A stretch of DNA of 64,000 nt. Origin: an uncultured Gammaproteobacteria bacterium (GTDB lineage: Bacteria > Patescibacteriota > Patescibacteriia > SBBC01 > CAIJZX01). Position 1 is the first letter of the stretch. Every line of letters starts with the position of its first letter. The stretch lies in the NCBI GenBank assembly GCA_964397195.1, contig CAYNGY010000001.1, positions 134,586 through 198,585 of the forward strand, read 5' to 3'. Below, piece by piece: positions 57,881 through 64,000 of this stretch. Both the position numbers and the translations under genes were made by a program. The notes below the pieces were generated by a model. It ran no database searches. It was not told where the DNA came from and saw nothing but the letters and a program-made list of their open reading frames with translations.

Positions 57881-59239
57881 ATGGCTAAATCAACAACCGT
57901 TTTTACCTGCAGCCACTGCGATGGGCAGTTTCCCAAATGGACTGGTCGCTGTCCTGAATGTGGGCAATGGGGAACCCTGAAAGAAGAACGGGTGTCGGCG
58001 ACGGCTGCGGCCGCGCCGCGGGCCGCTAGTGGCGACGTGGTGTCGCTAAATGACCTGACCGCCGAACCGCTTGTTCGATACGCGACCGGCTCACAGGAGC
58101 TCGACCGAGTATTAGGGGGTGGTGTTGTGCCAGGCTCACTGATTCTGTTGGGGGGTGACCCCGGGATCGGGAAATCTACGCTGGCCCTCGAGGCCGCGCA
58201 CAGCCTAGCCGTCAGTGGTTCAAAGGTGCTCTATGTCAGTGGCGAGGAATCGGCCGCCCAGGTCGCGGTGCGACTACGACGTATTGCGCCTGCCGGTACC
58301 AAGATGGACTTCATGGCGGAAACGTCTCTGCCGCGTATCCTAGCCACTGTCAAAAAAATAAAACCGCACGTGGTCGTGATTGACTCCATCCAAACGATCA
58401 GCACGCCGGAAGCTGCGGTCGAAGCTGGAAGTGTTCAACAGGTTCGGTTGGCGGCCGCCACACTCCTCCAAGAAGCGAAGACGAAGAACTTCGCCTGTAT
58501 TATTGTCGGGCATGTGACCAAAGAGGGATCAATGGCCGGCCCGCGCACACTCGAGCATCTCGTCGACGTCGTCATGTACCTCGAAGGTGATCCGCTCTCC
58601 AGCTACCGTCTGCTCCGGGCGGCTAAGAACCGATTCGGCTCAACGAATGATACCGGTGTTTTTATGATGGGTGATCGCGGGCTCCGCGATGTCGCCGAAC
58701 CATCGCGGGTATTCCTAGCCGACCGTCACGATGGCTCGGGGACGGTGGCCACGCTGGTGCTCGAGGGAACACGCCCGTTTGCGATTGACATCCAAGCACT
58801 CACGTCGCCAACCGCCTTTGGGAATCCGCGTCGTGCTGCGGTCGGGATCGATCAAACGCGATTGCAATTACTCTTGGCGGTCCTCACCCGCCGAGCCGGA
58901 TTAAAGACCATTGGTGCCCAGGATGTCTTCGTCAATATCGTTGGCGGCCTCACGGTGCGCGAACGATCGGTCGATGCGGCTGTCTGTGTGGCGGTGGCTT
59001 CATCTATTTCCGATGTGGCGGTGGCTTCGACCACCGCGGTGCTCGGTGAAGTAGGCTTAGGCGGTGAGTTACGTCGAGTCAGTGATATCGACCGGCGCGT
59101 CAAAGAACTCGCGCGCCTCGGATTTAAAGAGATTTGGCATCCAGTCCAGCCCACGGCAAAAATGCCGGCTGGGGTGATCAGCCGTCCAATGAAGTCGATT
59201 GAGATGGCCGTGGCGTTACTTCAAAAACCGCGACGATAA
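57881..59239 (+). CDS. radA: DNA repair protein RadA/Sms
   Basis: C4 zinc finger, GDPGIGKSTL, YVSGEES, KNRFG and Lon-like C-terminus. Confidence 0.98.
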   Translation: MAKSTTVFTCSHCDGQFPKWTGRCPECGQWGTLKEERVSATAAAAPRAASGDVVSLNDLTAEPLVRYATGSQELDRVLGGGVVPGSLILLGGDPGIGKSTLALEAAHSLAVSGSKVLYVSGEESAAQVAVRLRRIAPAGTKMDFMAETSLPRILATVKKIKPHVVVIDSIQTISTPEAAVEAGSVQQVRLAAATLLQEAKTKNFACIIVGHVTKEGSMAGPRTLEHLVDVVMYLEGDPLSSYRLLRAAKNRFGSTNDTGVFMMGDRGLRDVAEPSRVFLADRHDGSGTVATLVLEGTRPFAIDIQALTSPTAFGNPRRAAVGIDQTRLQLLLAVLTRRAGLKTIGAQDVFVNIVGGLTVRERSVDAAVCVAVASSISDVAVASTTAVLGEVGLGGELRRVSDIDRRVKELARLGFKEIWHPVQPTAKMPAGVISRPMKSIEMAVALLQKPRR

Positions 59240-59240
59240 C

Positions 59241-61310
59241 CTACTCGCGGTGGTAAACGCCGCTCGGCGCTTTCCAGGTATCATCCATCATGATGGCGCG
59301 ATCTTGGCCGTGTTCACGGAGATAGAGCGCAGTTTCACGGGCGGCAATAATGAGCTCACGGTCGCTCAGGGTGGCCATCCGCCAGCTCGGCCAGCCCGAC
59401 TGCCGGATGCCATACATATCGCCCGCCCCGCGGGTTTGTAAGTCAAATTCGGCTAAGGCTAAGCCGTCGTCGGTGGAGGCGACGCGTTCCACGCGCGTCC
59501 GTGCTTCTGCGGCATCGGTCGTCAGGACGAAGATACAGGTGCTTTGGACGGAACTGCGACCGACGCGCCCGCGCAGTTGGTGCAGCTGCGCGAGCCCAAA
59601 TCGTTCCGCCCCATCAACTACCATCAGCGTCGCTTCGGGCACATCGACACCAACCTCAATCACGGTCGTGCCGACTAAAACGGTGATGCGTCCCGATCGG
59701 AAATCATCCATTACGGCTACCCGATCGTCGGCCGACAGTTCCCCATGGATGAGGCCGATGTGTGGTGCGAGGTCGGGTAGTGTCTGCTTGAGGCGCTCGT
59801 ACTCAACCGTGGCCGCATGGGCGCCAAAATGGTCTGATTCATCAATCAACGGCGTAATGTAGTAGACCCGTTGTCCCGCTGTCACAGTCGCTTGGATCTG
59901 TTGGTCAATAGCGGCGACATCTGCCACGGTTTTAACCTCCGAACGGATCGGTTGGCGGCCCGCCGGTTTGGTTCGGAGTCGTGAAATCTGCAGCTCACTC
60001 CCGAGAAACAAGGCTAATGTTCGCGGGATCGGCGTGGCGGTCAAACTGAGGAAGTGTGGTGTGTGGAGTCCGGAGGTGGCCATCTGTGCCGACAAGCCGG
60101 CGCGTTGGGTGACGCCAAAGCGCTGTTGCTCATCGACAATAGTAAAGCCTAGTTGCGCCCAGGGCAACGGCGTCTCGAGAATCGCCTGGGTCCCCACCAC
60201 CAGATGTACCTCGCGATCGCGTATTGCTTGGTCAAGCCCGGCTCGTGAAAAATCGGCGGCGGTGTTGGACCGAATACGCTGGCCGGTGACGAGCGCTAGG
60301 ACGATGTCGGTTCCGGCGAATAGTGTTGAGAGGGTGGCGAAATGCTGCTCAGCTAACACCACCGTCGGGACAAGAAACGCGACTTGTCCACCCTGGCGCG
60401 CGACGTTATAGGCGGCAATGGCCGCGACAATCGTTTTTCCTGAACCGACATCGCCCTGAAGCAACCGGGACATTGGGGCCGTCGTTCCGAGTGACTGTAG
60501 AATCTCCCAGGCCGCTTGGCGCTGGTCATTGGTTAGTTCATAGGGAAAACGCTGGACAAACGAGCGCACCGCCGTCTCAGAAAACGGATAGGCCACCGCG
60601 GCCGGCTGGCTCCGGGAATCTGTGTCAATTTGCCAACGCAGCTGCCAGAGCAAGAGCTCGTCAAATTGCATGCGCCGAACACCGGCCGCCGCGACGTCAT
60701 GATTCTCCGGGAGGTGAATCGCGCGCAAGGCGTCAGCTCGTGGCAAGAGTTGCCATCGCTCTGTTATCTCGGTCGAGAGATGATCGGGAATTAGGTTGGC
60801 AAACTCGAGGGCCTGCGCGATGACCGATCGTATCTGTCGCTGCGACAGGCCATCAATTGACGGGTAGACGGGGACAAGTCGTTGGTGGGTCGGGTCGGCC
60901 GTCTGACGTTCAAACGTCGGATTAACCATCTGGAAGCTCTCGCCTTTGGTCTCAATTCGGCCGGATATAAAGTACCGTTGGCCGATGGCGAGTGTTTTCT
61001 GGAGGTACGGTTGGTTGAACCAGATCAGGGGAATAGATGCGGTCTCATCCTCAAGTCGCGCCTCCGTGATTGCCGATACACGCCGACGAAAAAGTTTGCG
61101 AGTGCGGAGGGCGGTCAATTCGCCGGCCAGGGTGACCATATCACCCGCGTGAACATTTTTAATGTCGATCTGGGTCCGCCAGTCTTCATGGCGAAGGGGA
61201 AAATACAATAACGCGTCCTCGAGCGTCTCGAGGCCAAGGCGGGAAAATTTTCCTGCTAACGCCGGACCGATTCCGTGCAAACTCTTGATGGGCGTCAACA
61301 GGGAATGCAT
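59241..61310 (-). CDS. recG: ATP-dependent DNA helicase RecG
   Basis: WFNQPY wedge, RLLQGDVGSGKT, DEQQRFG, TATPIPRT, GLAQLHQLRGRVGR and RG.G...G.RQSG. Confidence 0.98.
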   Translation of the reverse strand: MHSLLTPIKSLHGIGPALAGKFSRLGLETLEDALLYFPLRHEDWRTQIDIKNVHAGDMVTLAGELTALRTRKLFRRRVSAITEARLEDETASIPLIWFNQPYLQKTLAIGQRYFISGRIETKGESFQMVNPTFERQTADPTHQRLVPVYPSIDGLSQRQIRSVIAQALEFANLIPDHLSTEITERWQLLPRADALRAIHLPENHDVAAAGVRRMQFDELLLWQLRWQIDTDSRSQPAAVAYPFSETAVRSFVQRFPYELTNDQRQAAWEILQSLGTTAPMSRLLQGDVGSGKTIVAAIAAYNVARQGGQVAFLVPTVVLAEQHFATLSTLFAGTDIVLALVTGQRIRSNTAADFSRAGLDQAIRDREVHLVVGTQAILETPLPWAQLGFTIVDEQQRFGVTQRAGLSAQMATSGLHTPHFLSLTATPIPRTLALFLGSELQISRLRTKPAGRQPIRSEVKTVADVAAIDQQIQATVTAGQRVYYITPLIDESDHFGAHAATVEYERLKQTLPDLAPHIGLIHGELSADDRVAVMDDFRSGRITVLVGTTVIEVGVDVPEATLMVVDGAERFGLAQLHQLRGRVGRSSVQSTCIFVLTTDAAEARTRVERVASTDDGLALAEFDLQTRGAGDMYGIRQSGWPSWRMATLSDRELIIAARETALYLREHGQDRAIMMDDTWKAPSGVYHRE

Positions 61311-61426
61311 GGTACTAGTATATCACGCGATAGCGGTATCTGACCCCGGAGTGTCAAGGCGGATACAAAAAGATAGCGGGTACGTCGTTCGGTCCGCTCG
61401 TGCTGTTCGATAGTTTGTACGCGCTT

Positions 61427-61504
61427 TGGTGCGCCCGGCAGGATTTGAACCTACGACCCTCAGCTCCGCAAGCTGATGCTCTATCCAGGCTGAGCTACGG
61501 GCGC
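61427..61504 (-). tRNA. tRNA-Arg(GCG)
   Basis: GCGCCCG TAGCTCAGCCTGGATAGAGC A TCAGC TT-GCG-GA GCTGA ... GGTTCAAATCC ... CGGGCGC A CCA. Confidence 0.95.
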
Positions 61505-61770
61505 ACGAGAGCGCGTACAAATGTGCTAGGACAGTATTCCACTGTTCCAAGTCTCGGGCCTTAACAGGCGAGGAGAGTCGTACATCATCGGGACAGGAGT
61601 ACTGTGCCGGATGAGAATACCCGATTTATGGATATTCTGCAAGGGTTGAGCGCAACTCACCATCATGGAATACGAAACTGAAAAAATGCTGAAAAAATCG
61701 TTTTTTACGGTAATATTAGCCAAAAAAAATATGGGTTGCTCGAACCCGCTGAACAACGTATGCTACGACT

Positions 61771-62100
61771 ATGTTTGTCGCCACCGCGCTTACGACGGCC
61801 ACGATTGCTAATGCGAATATTGGCCAATCAATTGGCCTACAAGATACCGACCTTGTGACGGTTGTGTACCGAGTTGTTCAGTTAGCGCTCGGCTACTTAC
61901 CGCTGATCGCGGTCGTCTTTGTCATTCTCGGTGGGTTCCAATGGCTGACATCGGCCGGTGATGAAGAACGACTCTCGCGCGCCAAGCGGACGCTCTCCGG
62001 CGCCTTTATTGGGCTTCTGATTGTGTTGTTCGCCTGGGCGATCGTCCACTACACCGCCGGCACAGTCCTCAACGTGAGTAATACAAACACCGGCCAATAG
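61771..62100 (+). CDS. Short TrbC/VirB2-like pilin
   Basis: IAVVFVILGGFQWLTSAGDEE....AK.TL..A.IGL.IV..AWAI; promoter TTGCTC-17-TATGCT. Confidence 0.88.
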   Translation: MFVATALTTATIANANIGQSIGLQDTDLVTVVYRVVQLALGYLPLIAVVFVILGGFQWLTSAGDEERLSRAKRTLSGAFIGLLIVLFAWAIVHYTAGTVLNVSNTNTGQ

Positions 62101-62121
62101 GCCGGTTGACCGTCCCGCGTA

Positions 62122-62610
62122 TTACATCTTGAACATCCGAAGTAACTGGTCGCTCGCGGTCTCGCTTTCTTGAGCGATATTTTCCGGCAAAAACTCATTC
62201 AACGCTTCGCGGACCTTCAGCGGGTTCTGATTCATCAGGTCAATGGAAAACGGCTGACGGAGCGTTGTCTTAAACGTGATGTAGAGTTTTTTGATCTCTG
62301 GGGGCCGATAGACAATCCAGAACTCACGTAGCTCTTCCCAGCGAATATTCATGTCGGCCACCTCGAGACCGAGATCGGTGATCCGGGCGGTAATTTCTGT
62401 CGGTCGGCGACGGAATCGGAGAATTAAAATCAGGGTGATTAAGACAATCACCGGAATGGCCGTGTACACCCGACCAAGAACGGCTAAGCCAGCCATAATG
62501 GCCGCTAATACAAAGAATCCGAGATACCAAGCTCGTCCGCGGGGGTAGTCCGCAAACTCCGGGAAGCTCCATTCGAGGATAGTATTGCCGTGTGGGGCCT
62601 GCTCAGCCAT
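62122..62610 (-). CDS. Two-TM protein with a PH-like C-terminal domain
   Basis: W..PEF...PRG..WY, two TM segments and ITD.G......W.EL..FWI; start MAEQ follows TGcTATACT. Confidence 0.75.
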   Translation of the reverse strand: MAEQAPHGNTILEWSFPEFADYPRGRAWYLGFFVLAAIMAGLAVLGRVYTAIPVIVLITLILILRFRRRPTEITARITDLGLEVADMNIRWEELREFWIVYRPPEIKKLYITFKTTLRQPFSIDLMNQNPLKVREALNEFLPENIAQESETASDQLLRMFKM

Positions 62611-62648
62611 ACCTAGATAGTATAGCACAATCGGCTCAGCACCGCTGA

Positions 62649-64000
62649 TTAGCGGGAAAAGCCGTACGGATAAGGCGGGAACTGTGGGGTCGTAATCATG
62701 ATGCTCCCACGCCGATCGTTGATCGCCGAAGCGGTGTAGATGGTGCTCTGACTGACCGCCACATCGAAGCCGCTCATCCACCAGCGCTCAAACACGTCTC
62801 GCTCGACGATGATGTTCCCGCTTTGGTCGTGTTGGCGGATGATACCGTGGCCGTGACTCATGGGGACGGTGTAGATGCTCGCCTCGTTGGTAGTCGGGCT
62901 GATGCTCGTCGTGACGCGTAATCCGCCGCGGAAGGTCGCGTCACCCGAGAGGAATGCCGCAGTCAGATTCCCGTGCATGGTGAAGACGCGAACCTGTGGC
63001 TCACTGCCCGCCCCCGGCGTCACCACAATCAATCCGGTCTGCGTCGCGGACGCGCTGATCCCGGCGACATCAACACCGCCATGAAAACTATTCGGGTAAG
63101 CGTCAAAAACCGAGACGATATCGCCGTTCATCCGAAAAACGCGCACTTCCGGACCGCCACCACGTCCGGCGCCGGTAATAATTTCGTCTACGCCGTCACC
63201 GTCCAGGTCAGCAGTGCTAACGCGGACGCCGCCGCGGAAGGCTTTGCCGTAGGCGAGGAAGCTCGCGAGGACTGTGCCATGGCGGTCGACCACTTGAACC
63301 AGCGGATCATTTTTCGGTCCGAGGCCGGTCACAATCTCTTTCACCCCGTCGCCGTTCACGTCGCCGATTGCGACATCGACGCCGCCGCGGCCTTTTCGCT
63401 GGCTCAAGAAAAATCCGCCGATATCAAATCCCGCTGGGGTCATAATCCGAACTTGTGGCGGTGAACCGACGCCAGCCCCGACCACGATTTCGTCGCCGTC
63501 ATATTCAGGTGCAATATCACCCATGGCGATGTTCGATCCGACGCGAAATTGCGCGAACGGAAGAATTTCAAACGAAAGGGTCGGCGCAATAGCGGCGCGC
63601 GTTATTTTCTTCGCCGCTTTGAGGCTATCGTACGGGTTGATGGCGGTATCGTCGGGTTTTCGGATTTCAAAATGGAGGTGGGGCGACGTGCTCTCGGCAT
63701 TTCCGCTATCGCCCATGTAGGCGATCACCTGGCCAGCAACGACTGGCCAACTACGTTCAACGCCCGGCGCGTAGGCGAGCGTCGCGCCGCCGCGACCATT
63801 GTCGGTTCCCGGTGTATCGTTGTTGATATGGATGTAGGAGTACGTGTACCCATCCGCGTCGACAATCCGAATGTACCAGCCATAACTTGGTTCCGGGTAG
63901 GCGACGAATTCAAGCGTCCCATCAACCGCGGCGACGAGCGGTTGCATCTTTTTTCCAAAAATGTCGTTTCCGGCGTGGGTATGACCGACGCGGGGGTTTC
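62649..64000 (-). CDS. M23 peptidase plus FG-GAP/VCBS repeat protein; starts beyond the window edge
   Basis: Frame stays open to the edge (…HAGND…); HLHFE; repeats GDVNGDG..EIVTG.G, F.GGV.V..D.DGDG.DEI. Confidence 0.9.
   Translation of the reverse strand, partial: NPRVGHTHAGNDIFGKKMQPLVAAVDGTLEFVAYPEPSYGWYIRIVDADGYTYSYIHINNDTPGTDNGRGGATLAYAPGVERSWPVVAGQVIAYMGDSGNAESTSPHLHFEIRKPDDTAINPYDSLKAAKKITRAAIAPTLSFEILPFAQFRVGSNIAMGDIAPEYDGDEIVVGAGVGSPPQVRIMTPAGFDIGGFFLSQRKGRGGVDVAIGDVNGDGVKEIVTGLGPKNDPLVQVVDRHGTVLASFLAYGKAFRGGVRVSTADLDGDGVDEIITGAGRGGGPEVRVFRMNGDIVSVFDAYPNSFHGGVDVAGISASATQTGLIVVTPGAGSEPQVRVFTMHGNLTAAFLSGDATFRGGLRVTTSISPTTNEASIYTVPMSHGHGIIRQHDQSGNIIVERDVFERWWMSGFDVAVSQSTIYTASAINDRRGSIMITTPQFPPYPYGFSR

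Overview
This window looks like core chromosome of a Patescibacteria/CPR bacterium, plausibly ABY1/Parcubacteria-like. That is inferred from the gene repertoire, tRNA-Arg(GCG), a Nudix-inserted LeuRS and CPR-type pilin/VirB4/PrgI genes. Bases 1-25.8 kb hold housekeeping and small accessory genes: PadR with a HAAS partner, Nramp, tRNA-His, tRNA-Arg, xer, rpsO-NYN-pnp, cmk, lspA, comM, LysM-M23, leuS, tsaC and rsmA. Bases 25.9-59.2 kb form one co-directional 33 kb cluster: three giant secreted Cys-rich/Ig/FN3 proteins, a 1668-aa VirB6-like protein carrying an HExxH metallopeptidase-like domain, PrgI/VirB4/VirB8-like T4SS genes, two VirB2-like pilins with C-terminal cargo (one lytic-transglycosylase-like), then radA. 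No relaxase, VirD4 or integrase is visible in the cluster. recG, tRNA-Arg(GCG), a short pilin and a partial M23/FG-GAP gene end the window. The most novel signals are (i) a stand-alone ~375-nt highly structured candidate ncRNA at 16.59-16.97 kb with its own promoter, terminator and loop-loop pseudoknot, (ii) the immobile T4SS/giant-adhesin cluster with enzyme-fused components, (iii) DnaA-type boxes upstream of the ncRNA and both cluster promoters, and (iv) a strong leaderless-mRNA signature. All protein calls come from reading motifs by eye; no database searches were run.
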